Shown here piece by piece: positions 11,886-23,927 of a stretch of 64,000 nt of DNA (within the stretch, counting starts at the first letter, position 1; every line of letters begins with the position of its first letter). The notes under the pieces are model-generated. The model had not been told where the DNA came from. It did not search any database and saw only the letters and a list, made by a program, of their open reading frames with translations. The DNA is from Neodothiora populina (lineage: Eukaryota), in contig NW_027191413.1 in the NCBI RefSeq assembly GCF_041146345.1, forward strand, positions 620,001-684,000, given 5' to 3'. The position numbers were made by a program, and so were the translations under genes.

Positions 11886-13824
11886 GATGACGCTATGGGG
11901 ACGCTGGTTGGAGAGATAAGGCAAGGTCAGGCAAGTTGGGGTGCGACTCAACGCTTGTTGACTAGGAATGTTCGAAGCGCGACAATGGAATTGATATGAA
12001 AGTGCGGTATCTTAAATTATGTAGTGAATTGAACCATGTGCATCGGCCACGCCTCGAAGAAGCATGGAAACCGAAGGAGCATTGAGTGCATCGAAGGACT
12101 GAAAGAAAGAGGACGAAAGTGTATGTGCTTTTACCACCAAAGACATCACTACCTACTAGTACTCCAGTGAGGCGCAATGAACGCTTACCAGGAAACGTCT
12201 GGTCTAAGATACGGCTAAGGGCATTTGTGGAGTAAAGCAAGACCAATTACTGCGAGACCATAAGACTGCCAGAAACCACTACCGGAGGACCCTCGACGGA
12301 CCATCCATGCGAACTGTAAAAGCTTATTTTCTTGTTCCAGCCAGTGTGCATGTCCAAGGTTGTCACAAGCTTGGCTGTATCGGGAAGGACATCGCGTGCC
12401 CACTTTATTCACTTGACTTTTTTCTGCGCAAGCATGTGTGCGTTGTGCAGTGCATTTTGAGTGGAATGCTCAACTCCTCTCACCATTGCAATACGTAAAT
12501 CGAGATCAAGTATGATGTGCCCCCGCAGCTTGAGAAAGTGACGAGATCAGCATATGGCAGATTGTACATTGTCTATCACACTGTACATCACAATCAATGC
12601 GACATACCTTACCTTACAGAAGAACCTGAGACTCTGGTCAATCATGTCGGACATGTGACGTAGGGCATACAACCTGCTTCACTTTTCTTTTTCCTGTACA
12701 CACCTCAGTTGGTAGTCCAACTTGCTAGTGGACTATATGACTACCGCGACACTGTGATGAACGTCGGAAAAGCCACCCGCTCAGCTATGCCACTCTATTT
12801 TCCTCTCCACAAGGTGTTCGCGGGTGTTTGGAACCCTGTAAACCTCAGACCAGGTAACTTACCTTGCTGCAGCTGAGCCAGCAGAAAAGCCTTTGCTTAG
12901 CGCCTAATAACCTAGATCCACCAAGGATTGTTTGCCAACTAAGGTAGACACCGGCTCGTATGACTTTACCCGCCATCAATCTGGCTTGCACATGAAAATG
13001 TAAGGCTCAGCTTGTGACTGAGCACATCCATGTCGAGGAACCTCAGATATGTCCTGGTCCAATCGTTGCTTTGCTGACATAGTGTATCACTGTGCACGGT
13101 TGTACAGTCTTGATTAAGTGGGTGCCATACCCTCCCGTTCGTGGAGACTACCATGATCTGGCTACGCTGGGGAACAAAAATACTGCGGGAGATTCTCCTT
13201 CCACATATCTTATGCACCTCGGACAATGGCCTGACCATCGGGAGAAGAGATGGTTTGCCTATAGACTGCCGATTAAAGTAAGCGTCCAATCGCACATAAC
13301 AAGTATCGTTCGAGGCACCTCAATGGTCAAGCTTTTCGGGCCGGCCGATAGGATAACACGAACATTACCTTACCTATAGTGGTATATGTTCTTAGACCCT
13401 CAACTCAAAGGGTCAAGCCTCAAATACTGTTCCGCTGTTGCAGGCTTGTCTAGTGGAATGCGTGCAATAAACGCAAATTCGAGGCGCCACGCACTACCCA
13501 CACTGCACGTATAGCAGATCCACTGTGGAACCCATACCGGTCAATTTTTCGTGTTACTGCACCCATGGTGTTGCAGAAATATGATCTAACGGCATTTTTC
13601 CTCCAGTACAATGCAACGCCCTAGACATGCACGGTCTCTGTGCCGGTTATCTCGTATGCAAAATTCAACACAGCTTGTACTTTCGAGTGCGTGTGATGTT
13701 GCATTCTTGATCCGAGTTGCATCGAAGAGTGTCACCGTACAATCGATAGAACGACTTGAGCACTGTAGCCGAGCAAACGGAATCGCTCTTTCCGCTACCT
13801 GGGTCGGACAAATCCCGAAATGTG

Positions 13825-14806
13825 TCAGCGACCATCAATGCTCTTCCCTTGAGACAGCGCTACTCTCTTGCTGTAAGGACTCAAGCTCCTCTGGCGGGTT
13901 GCGCTGAAGCCGGCAACTGGGTCCTGAGCTCGTGACATGTTCCTGGCAGAGTCTGTCTCCTGGGCATGATATCCTGCTTTTGTGTCGACTTTCTTCTCGC
14001 CCCGAGGCTCATCATACCGAGGCGCACTCCTCCGGCTGTCGGCCGTCGAAGGTCTGGCAGAGCCCGACCTGTGATGTCTCTGTCTAGAGTCCTGTGACCT
14101 GCCACGACGACGACCACGCTCCCCTGGACTTGTCGAGCCTCTCCGCAGTCTTGTCCTTCTCTCGCTGTCGGCAGTATAATCATCGTATTCCCGTGTTCTA
14201 GATGAGGAAACAGAGCCATCCCGTCTCGGGCGCTTTGCCTTTCCAGGTAATGGTGATAAAGAAGTTTCTCGCATACTGTCTGATGGCGGGAGACGGCTAT
14301 GACGGAGGGCGCTAGTAGGCTGAGATGGCATCGGAGGACTGGGGGAGCGGGTTGAGACCGAGGCTACAGAATCCGAAGAATATGATGATACTGAGCGCTT
14401 CCTCGAGACTTCTGCCAGGTCAACGGATCGTTTGCGCTTGCTACCTTCTTTCGTTGAGGGACGGTCAATGAGCATTTCACTGTTGGTCTGCGCGTTAGCG
14501 AAGCGCGCGCTTCTTCTCTCGTGTTTGTCTTGGACTCACTTTGCTCGAGGCTCTTCAGGTGCAGCATTGGTGAGCTTGGGAGCCAGCTTCGGATTTAGTA
14601 ATTGCTGAGTGCGGGACGGTCTGGACTGGTAAGGGCGCTCTTGTGTCGCCGACTTGCATTCATAGCTGTAATGACCTGGATAGCATAAGATAATTAGCAA
14701 GCGCCCGAGTTGTTATGCGCCGACTGGTGTACCTGCCTCTTTTTAGACATTTCTGGCACAGTGTTGTACTGGAGGCTTTGGAGCCACCTCTGCCGTGGCG
14801 AATCAT
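13825..14806 (-). CDS. Zinc-knuckle (CCHC) protein with Ser/Arg-rich tail, 3 exons
   Basis: Spliced product MIRHGRGGSKASSTTLCQKCLKRGHYSYECK...QERPYQSRPSRTQQLLNPKL; C-terminal RQRSLSPYSKRVAL. Introns 14676-14736 (GC-AG) and 14480-14539. Confidence 0.8.
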
Positions 14807-15792
14807 AGCAATAACGTATTGTTCGTCAGATGGGAAAATGATACGCCGGTTGGTCGCAAGTGAGGAGATTCGCCAGCGCAAGCGTTTGAGGCTTGATCGG
14901 CTGAATGTGAATAGTAGGACTTCGCAGAGTGTGTGCCACACAAAGTGAGCACTACGACTGTCTCTATTCACTGTATCTAAACCGCAGGTTGCTATGTCAG
15001 GTGCGTTGAAGACAACGCAAGTCAAGGTCACGAAATGTACTGTTCGAAAGGTGCAAGGTAAAGGTACCTCACCTTATTATTATTATTATCAAACAATCAC
15101 CGTACCGAACTCTTGATTGACACCTTACCCTACCTACCTTGACGGATGCCTGAGATGAAGCCGTACTGTGGAGTCAAACATTTACAGTGTGACTTCAGTC
15201 AGTTTTCTGGTCCCTACAAGTAATCGACAGCGGGCCGCACTTAGCGTTACCGACGTGTTACCGACTCATTGCAGAGAACGACGCCTTGCAACCTGAAATT
15301 CACATTCGTGTTGATAACCTTGACCGACCCTATCGAAAGCGCATCGTCAATACGCTGCTTTCCAACCACTGGGAAAGGGCAGCTCTGGAAGAATAATTGA
15401 GCGTTGCATTGAGCGTGCCTACTCAAGGTCGCCTGTCATATCGCACTTCCGTCGAGGCGCTTGTGTCGTCTTCTGATCCCTCTACATAACAGTACATCAT
15501 ACTCATCATCCCACTATTGGCGCGAAGACAACCCCAGCGGACAATCAAATTCTCATGTCTACTTACCATCATGCCCGAACCTCTGGACTTGGTGTTGATA
15601 ATTTTCCTTGAGCCTCCAGTTTCCTGAGATCCTTTGCAAAGAAAAGCCTTCCTTTCGAAATCCATTCTTTTTTTTACACGCGTTCGCAACGTCGAGCGGG
15701 TCACGCTATCATATAGCAACCGGCGCCCAACTATCTCTCGTTGACCACGAACAAAATTAATCTTGACCGGGAACTTGCTGCATTCTGCATAG

Positions 15793-18405
15793 ATGGCTTC
15801 CGTCACCCCGGATGCTGCTGCTATCAAGCGCACCTTTGCAAATGTACGTTCTATACCCCAGAGTCCATCTCGAGCTATCTGCTTTGGGGTAGCTTCAGGC
15901 TAACAATACCAGGTCGCCGCCTCTGCCTCCAGTCCTGCCCTCCCCAATGGGACAGCTGCACACAAAAGCAATAATGATGAAGCTATGAATGTATTGGAAG
16001 CCAGTACTGCAAATGGCAGCAAAGCACAGAATCCACCCACAAGCGATGTCACGCGAATCAATCCTGCGATTCCAATGAAACTCGCTCAATCCATCCCAAG
16101 GCCTCCTCGGACTCCCAACGAGCCTGCCCAGTCTGGCTCCAAGTCTCAGGCGCAAGACGCTCGTGCCAGCCACGACGAAGCCTTGCCCCTCGGTTCCCTC
16201 CCACCCTCAGCCATCTCGGACGAGACCTCTACTCAGCTTTCTTCCTCAGGTAGTTCCGCCAAGCCTGCAAGCCTTGACGGGAAAAGCGTTGCATCTGCGA
16301 CCACCTTTGCCATGGATGAAAAGGAGTCGTTGAGACCTGACGACAGCGCTAGCGTCAAGGCCATTGAAGACGAAGAATTGTACTCACCGCCTGAAACCGC
16401 AGCTGCTGGCTCGCGAATCGATTCCGAGACTGGGGCTCGTGCTTTCCGCGATCAGCTGCAGGAGATCACTTCAATGGGGCCTCCGTCCCTCCCCACTATA
16501 CCTGCTGTGGATGCCAGAGCCACCTCTAAAGGAGGGCTTCTCTACGACCCTTCGGTTCCTTCACCCGCAGGCCAACCCCCCTCCTTCACTCAAGCAACGC
16601 AGGCAATGCTTGGCAAGCCGGCGGACTTCCCTCCTGATCCCAAACTACTGGAAGCTTTGAGTAACCCAAGAGACCGTATCTGGGTGCTAAAGCTCGAGCA
16701 GGACATAATCGATTTTGTCAAGGACTCCAAGGAAGCCTTTGTTGATCTGCCTCAGTGCAATTCCTTCTACAGGATGTTGGCTCATAAATTAGCCGATTAT
16801 TACCTGCTAGGACACGCTGTTGACAACACCGTCACTGCTGTGCGTCTCTACCGAACTCCCACATGCCGCATGTAAGTTTGATGTTATGCCTTGAGTTCTG
16901 TATGCAGACTAATCCTGCAAAGTGCTCCACCTCTGACGGCTCTCACCACTCCATCGACGGCTTCAAACACGCCACCACCTTCTGCCCCGCAGGTAAAGAT
17001 ATTACGACGCGGTGGCGAGGCGCCAATGGCCAACACAAACTCCGAAGCCGGTGACAGTGATAGTGAGAAGAACAAAGCCCCTCTGACACGTGAGGAGCGT
17101 GAGCAACGTTACGAGCAGGCAAGGCTTCGCATCATGGGCTCGGCCAAGCCTGAAGTCGAGCCAGCAGTCCCGAAAGAAAAGGACGACTCTCGATCGAGCT
17201 CTGTGACTGGCAAGAAGAAGCCCAGGAAGCAGCGCACTGACAGTGAGGACGGATTCGACCCTCGATCTGCTTACAGTTCTTATCCACCTGGCTCGTCTTT
17301 TGCCCATTCCGGTGTGCCAGATAACGGTGCTGCAGCAGGGTATTATCCTGTCTACTCTGATAGCAGCAGCAACAATGGACCTGTATACGGCACAACGAAT
17401 GGATATGCGCCGCAGACATACAATGCTGTATACGGTCAGACGATGCCACCGCAAGCATCGTACCCATGGCTACAGCAGGGATACGGCAACGCTCCTGATG
17501 CAGGCTTTCAGCATTGGGACCAGGCACAGCAAAATGGCAATGACTTGGCTGTTGAATTTCAACAGATGTCGTTCCACTCACCTCAACAGCAGGGCCGCCC
17601 ACACACTGGTCCGTACAACAGTCAGCAGCAAAGTCCGGCATGGCCTCAGGGCATGCCTTATCAACAGAGTTTTCCAACACCACCAGGGGCCCAGCAATAC
17701 GGACCCTCGGATCGACCTGCTTCGTCTGCCAGCTACAACGGTCCTTACGGTTACGGTCCCTCTCCAAACCAGTATATGGGACCCAACAACGCTGCGATGA
17801 ATGGCGCCTTCTCGCGCGGCTCGTTCAATCCGCAGTCTCAGGCATTTATCCCTGGATATCCTGGCCAAAGTGGTCCGATGAATTTCATGCCCGGCATGGG
17901 TCCATCGCCGAATGGTTACAACGCTTATGGGCACCCTCAGCCACTACAAAGGCAAGGGTCGACGAACTCGCAGGCCTCGTCCTACAGCGGCCAGCGATCC
18001 AGTAACGACACCGGAGCGAGTACGGGCATGACCCATGCTCTTCCTCAACCAGTGTTCTCCCCAAATGTCCCCATGCCTTATCAGGGTCAGAAATGGCAAC
18101 CGTCCATGCCATCGCGAGCTGGTACCCAGAGCGGTGCGAATGAAAGATCCCCTGGCGGCGGCAACGGATCATCAGCCAGCACCATTGCCAAATGGGGCAC
18201 CCCGGCATCGCTTCCTGCAAAGCCACCACCACCCGCAAAGGACTCGTTCGACGTGTCTCGTATCCAGGACCAACGCGGCACAGGAAGATTCAATCCGGCC
18301 GCCGCTGCTAGAATGGCAAGTATGGGTTCACCGGGCTACCATGCCCTGCCAAACATGGCTGGCATGCGTGGAGCGCCGGCCGGACAAACACCCAGGAGCG
18401 GGTAG
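15793..18405 (+). CDS. R3H and SUZ domain RNA-binding protein, 3 exons
   Basis: LLEAL..PRDRIWVLKLEQ...NSFYRMLAHKLADYYLLGH (R3H); KILRR...TREEREQRYEQARLRI (SUZ); Q/P/G/Y-rich tail. Introns 15844-15912 and 16872-16922. Confidence 0.85.
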
Positions 18406-19392
18406 AGGCCGAGGTCGATAGGAAAGATTCAGTAGTAGAAGGATGAATTGGGGAAAGCACAGAGTAGTATCTGCGACAATCCCTCGAGGAGAAAAGCATA
18501 AAATGACACGAAAGCAAAGCATAGCAACGGGGATTATCTTTTATCTTCTCAAGCGTATGCGTTTTCTTGGTAGTTTTGGTTTTCTGTGGAGAGAGGGGGG
18601 CGGGGGTGTTGGCATTTGCTAGTTTCTTAAAATAGGGTAGACAGTAGAAGTACCGAGTTAACACGAGATTGTCAGCATGTGTTGCTTTAGTATCACTAGG
18701 AAGAACATATCACAACGAGGGCGCGAGTCCCATGTATCATGATGATTGGTAGTAGTAACCGTAATATTATTCGTAGTGGTAACAATAGTGGTAGTCCTGC
18801 AACCAACCAACCACCTCTCTCTTTTATCATATATCTCTTTCACTGCTTCCGCTTCCTTACTCCACGCCATTAATTGCATTTCTCTCTCCTCTTGACCCCT
18901 TCTTTACTCATTGAATATGTGACAGTGCCAAGTTCATACATGACTTTCGTTCGTTCATTTCGTTCTCCTTTCCGTCGTTGCAGTAACCATAACCCTGCGG
19001 TCTCCTTGTGATCTGTTGGCGCTCTCCGTAAGCAGTCGGCGCTTTGAGGATGGAACGACTGGCTCTTTCCAGGAATCGGAGTTGATCTCGAGGTCGATGT
19101 GTAGGTCTGCCGCCGCGCTCACTCTCCCGCACCCCTTGGGCCTCGTGAGGTCTGTTGAGTGTCCTTCTTTCGCCATCTCATGGGCCATCAGGGGGCAAGA
19201 TGGGTCTGTATCTTTTGCTTTCTGTCCCGGATCGAGATGTTGTCGAAGAGCGGTGTCTTTCAGCTCATATCTCGCTTTCCGTCTCTCTCTCGAGCTTGTC
19301 CGGACTCTCGAGACACGTGCCAAGCCCAAAAGAGCAAGGATCGGAAAGAAAAATCCAGGGCCGGATAGAAAGTCAGAGTTCCGAAAAACAAC

Positions 19393-19912
19393 TCAAGACT
19401 TGCCGACCTCCCTCCAAGCCCTCGCAACCCCCTGCTCAGCCTCCCTCGTCGCGCGTCCAATGTCGAAATTCAGCATCTTGTTCGCGACAGCCGACAGCTC
19501 CGCGTTCCAGCGCGTCTTGATGCGGTCCGCTAGACCTGGCGTCGTCGTCCTGGCTGTGGGCAGAGGAGGCGGTCCCGCGGGCGAGATGATGTTGTTCAGT
19601 AGTGCGGATTGTTGGCGCAGCAGAGTGGCTTGGTGCAGGCGGTTGCGCTGATGTAGGTCTAGCGAGACGTAGAAGATTGCCGTTGTGAGGGTTGCGCCGC
19701 CGAGCTGGGATTGTGGTTAGTTATGGTTTCTCTGGTGTTGTTGTTCTGAGGGAAGGGGGGTGGGGCAGGTGCATGGGAAGATGGTATGCGTGGTTGTGGT
19801 GTCGGGGTTTTGTGCGTATGATTCATGTTCTCCATCAGGGTGGTTTGCGAGAGGGTGGTCGAGATGAGATGAGATGAGACGGGGCACTTACGAATCCGCT
19901 GATGAAGCCCAT
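19393..19912 (-). CDS. MIC12: MICOS complex subunit Mic12 (Aim5), 2 exons; not in the ORF track
   Basis: Manual splice (intron 19705-19891, GTAAGT..ACTAAC..CAG) gives MGFISGFLGGATLTTAIFYVSLDLHQRNRLHQATLLRQQSALLNNII...IKTRWNAELSAVANKMLNFD. This matches the Mic12 pattern GFxGG-TM-HxRNRxxQ...KxRWNxE. Confidence 0.8.
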
Positions 19913-20608
19913 ATTGTAAGATGTGTAGTTGTGTTTGATAATGCGATATAAGTATCCTAAGACAAAGAGTGTAGCAGGTCTGCCAGTCTGCACAGAAAAG
20001 GTAGGTACGAAGTGTGTTATTGTGTCTGAACAAAACGGTCAACAAAAAAAAAGACAATCGGCGAGTGTTTTGCGGGATGGCGGGCGGGCTTTGCGGGCGA
20101 GTAAGAGAGACTCCTTGATACCGTAGCCACAGTACAGTAAAAAAGAGTCCAGAGCGGGATAGTTCACGATTAAATCCGCATAGCACCGTGAGGGTAGCGG
20201 AACGCCATATCTCTCGTGTATTCTCTGGCGCTGCTCGAATCGGCCCTTTTATCTCACGGCGACCGTCTTTTCCCTGGCTGGCTGATCGGTGTTTCTGTCT
20301 GCCTGTGCTGCTTGTTCCTGCATTTGATTACTGTAGTCCAGGGTCCAGGTTTATCAGGATGAAACGAGCGGAAGAGAGAACGCCAAGCCAAACCTCCGAA
20401 GTTGGCCGCAAAGACTCCAAACTCGACGACGATTACTTGAGGTGTGATGAAGAGTAGTAATATGATATCCGTGATACTGTTGACCACACATCCACGGGAC
20501 TGAGAACATTGCAACAATACACACAACCTCCGAGTCTTCTTCACAACACAACCCAGCATAATCACCCTCATCAAACATCAGTACTTACGAAGAAAAGCAA
20601 GAAACAAA

Positions 20609-21306
20609 ATGGCAGGCGGCGTGGTCAAATACCGCCATCTCTCGCGCTCCTCGTCGCACCGACAGGCTCTATTGCGCAACCTCGTCACCTCGCTCTTCAA
20701 GCACGAGTCCATCTCGACGACATGGCACAAGGCCAAGGAGGCCCAGCGCCTGGCTGAGAAGCTTATCACGTTGGGAAAGAAGAACACGGACGCCAGCAAG
20801 AGACGGGCGCTGTCCATTTTCTACGTACGTTTTTCTTTTTTGCCCTCCCTTCCCTTTCCTCTTCCTGCGACCTAGACATATACAGAAGCAGAAACGACGC
20901 AAAAACGAACTGACGGCTCCAGGAACCCCACGCCCTCCTCCCCAAACTCTTCGGCCCCCTGCGTGAACGCTACGCCGACCGCCCCGGCGGCTACACACGA
21001 GTGCTGCGCATCGAGCCCACGCGAGAAGACCAGTCGCCCAGCGCGATCCTCGAGCTCGTCGACGGACCGAAAGACATGCGGTTCGCCATGACGGCGCGCA
21101 CGATCGCCAAGGTGCGCGCCGATGGCAAGGACATCAACGACATGACTGCTGGCAATATCGCAAAGGTCACGCGGTTCAGAAAAGATGGAGAGGTGGAGCT
21201 CGAGAGGATGGTCGGCAGGTTCTCCAGATTGAATGCTAGTGGTGATGAGGGCGTTGAGCAGGTTAAGAAGAGGAAGGTTTATCCTCCTATTGAGGACAGT
21301 CGATAG
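20609..21306 (+). CDS. MRPL8: Mitochondrial large-subunit ribosomal protein bL17m, 2 exons
   Basis: RHLSRSSSHRQALLRNLVTSLFKHESISTTWHKAKEAQRLAEKLI; intron 20825-20922; then PKLFGPLRERYADRPGGYTRVLRIEP. Confidence 0.92.
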
Positions 21307-21677
21307 GGAAATTTCTCTTTCTTCTTTCTTTTTTTTTGCTGTTTCGCATTCAGGAAAGCGGCATTTTTATTCTTGTACTATCATCAGAAATCATCACGGT
21401 CATCATGGATTCCGAGAGACACGATGAGGAAAGCAGACAGCCATGTTGTATTATATGTAAGTTTTCCGCAGACACTCGAGGTGGTCCAATCATACGAAAA
21501 TAATATCCAAAAATTACAAATCTTCCCTTGATCGTTAGCGCAACCTGCTCGTGGCTGCATGAATATGTGCCTCCTCAACACAGCGGCAACATTGACCGTG
21601 GACCCCAAAGAGATGTCCGAGAAACGCCATTTCGATTCCGAACAGAGTTGCAAATGACTCAAGACAAGAGAGCAGCT

Positions 21678-22148
21678 TCAGCAGAGTCCATTTCCCCCAA
21701 CCACTTCCCTGACCATGCCCTCGGCCTGCCTCGCCATACTCTCATTTTCCTTGCCCGCGAAAACACAATCCTTCTGAATTTCCTGGTCATCAATCATCCC
21801 CATCTGAGACTCGTTGCTCTTCTCAGCCAGTCCTACACCCACAGAAGCCACAGTGGCGGTAGCCGTAGCTAGAGCAGCAGTAGCGGCGACCTGACCACTA
21901 GCAGCCTGAGCGGCAACGACACTCAGCAGTGCCTTTTCCAACGCCAACTTGCACTCCCCACAAAAGGTCGTTGTGTTCACTTTGTTGGACCCTCTGACAT
22001 TGTTGTTGCGCCAGTCGACGTGGGGTAAGGGGACGTATTTGCGCTTGACCGATGACCAGTGCAGTCTCGAGGGCGGTGCAGCACAGAGTACTGGGCTGCT
22101 CGTCGTGTGGCCGCAGATTTGGAAGGTTGTCTTTTGGTGGCCGCACAT
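21678..22148 (-). CDS. Hypothetical protein with N-terminal MC...CGH...C...CxxC putative metal-binding motif
   Basis: MCGHQKTTFQICGHTTSSPVLC...FCGECK followed by an Ala-rich region. ATG is preceded by a C/A-rich leader. Confidence 0.5.
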   Translation of the reverse strand: MCGHQKTTFQICGHTTSSPVLCAAPPSRLHWSSVKRKYVPLPHVDWRNNNVRGSNKVNTTTFCGECKLALEKALLSVVAAQAASGQVAATAALATATATVASVGVGLAEKSNESQMGMIDDQEIQKDCVFAGKENESMARQAEGMVREVVGGNGLC

Positions 22149-23927
22149 CGTTGGTCTATCGGTTGGGTGATCGGTTTTGGGTTGTGGTAGTGATTGATGC
22201 TTCCCTCTTCGCTCGACGCCGATACAGAGATTTTGTTTGAGAAAAGAAGAGGATTGAGTCGTCCCTGGAGCAGAGGCCGTGCAACATTCACAACGACTGA
22301 GAAGGGCAGTAGATAGGTCTTTGAGCACGATAGGACATGAGACACAAGGTCTTGGACAGACAGAGCTCGTGTGTGTGATGTATAGTATGATGATTCCAGA
22401 CGTCCAGAAATTACGGCAATGTCTAAACTGACCTGAGTTTTCGACAAGGAAAGAAAGTCAAGATAGGTCGTTTTGCCCATATTCTTAGTTGAGAACCTGT
22501 GGAAAGGCTGCTTGATATACCTTCTCGATGGCATTGAGATGACCACATACCCCTCTCTCTTTTTTCCCTCTCCATCACAAACTCGCATGCAAGCGGACGC
22601 GCTCGCGCCGTGTGCCTCATTTCCCGAGGATGACCGAATATCAAAAAGAGAAGAACACTCGTCTCAACTTTCCCTCTCTATATCGTTCATGCCGATCAAA
22701 ACGGACACGACTAATGCATCAAAGCCATTAGTCTGATGCGGAGAAACATGGGGTGGACGTTATTGGGGAAAAACATAAAAGAACGACGTAAGAGATCGAG
22801 GACAATCAAGCAGGGGTTGGGAGAGTGGTAAATTTCAAGTACCTTGCGTGCTTCGGGGAGAAAGAGGAAACCGTTCGATGGCAACGACGCTGCATCTGTG
22901 ACAGGGAAGTTGAGCGGATCTTGACGTGTTTTTCTCCTCGTTTAGATATGATATGATGTGTCGACTTTACTCTGCGATCTCACATTCCGCGGATGGTGTA
23001 GGAAGAGTGGCTGGCGGACACGGTGGACATGTGCTCATATGACTAAGGAACAGGACAGCTACTCATACTGCCTTGAGCTGAAAGGTGATCTTCACCATTG
23101 TGGTGTCTATACCAATTAGCCTGAAATGCAGTCGCTAGCCTCTTTCATCGAAGAATGGTGGTGATCGTGAAAGTGATGCGATCCGGGTGGATTAGGTGAC
23201 TGAGGTGGAAGCTACAGGAATTATCTGCCATATTATCTCGGCCAAGGAGGAGCGATCCAGCCCCTTTGGTCACACGAACAGGAAGGGACGCGTGAATTCT
23301 TGGCCTTAATGCCATTGTAGTGTATGCCGCGCAAAGAAGATGTCTAGGTGTGGTGAGGAACCCGGTCACATTTCCGGGGCACAGAAATTTGAAGTGACAC
23401 TTGTGTCCCTCAGCTAGACATAAGGAAATTACGGTATCCTGGAGGATCCTCCGCCCAATGCACAATTGGTTGAAAAGGACGATACATGTCGAAGGTGCCT
23501 GTGCAAGGGCTACATATACTTCACACTACCACAAGGAAAATACCAGGCTGGTCATGGGACACACATCGTTCTTTTCTCTTTTCAATTTGCATGTCTCGTT
23601 GGACCGTGAATGTCCAGAGGTCGTATGCCATCGTCGTCTAGGTTTGCTATGCTGGTAGCTTCGAGTGTGTTCGTGAGTGTGAATTGTTATGGTTTAATTT
23701 CTTTTCTCGCTAGATTCTTTTAGATCATGTCAGAGTCACAGTGATCCTAGGGGTGTGTATCGTCATTTAACAAACTCTGAGGAAGTCCTTGAGATGGACT
23801 GAGATCCCAGCCTAGAAGGGAAAAAGTAGGCCAAGACACCGATTGCTGATCTGTAATCTTGAACTCGAGCAGCATCGATTCCCAGTGTTGGTAATGCAAC
23901 TGCAGCAGGACAGCGTGCAGTCAAGAT

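Noticed and set aside
11900..13800. Telomerase RNA or transposon relic in the long intergenic gap
   Set aside because: No TAACCCTAA-type template, terminal repeats, transposase/RT fragments or obvious RIP-like AT enrichment seen.
19016..19651. 211-aa plus-strand ORF
   Set aside because: Antisense to the MIC12 exon and its 3' UTR; MIC12 has the recognisable motif and splice signals.
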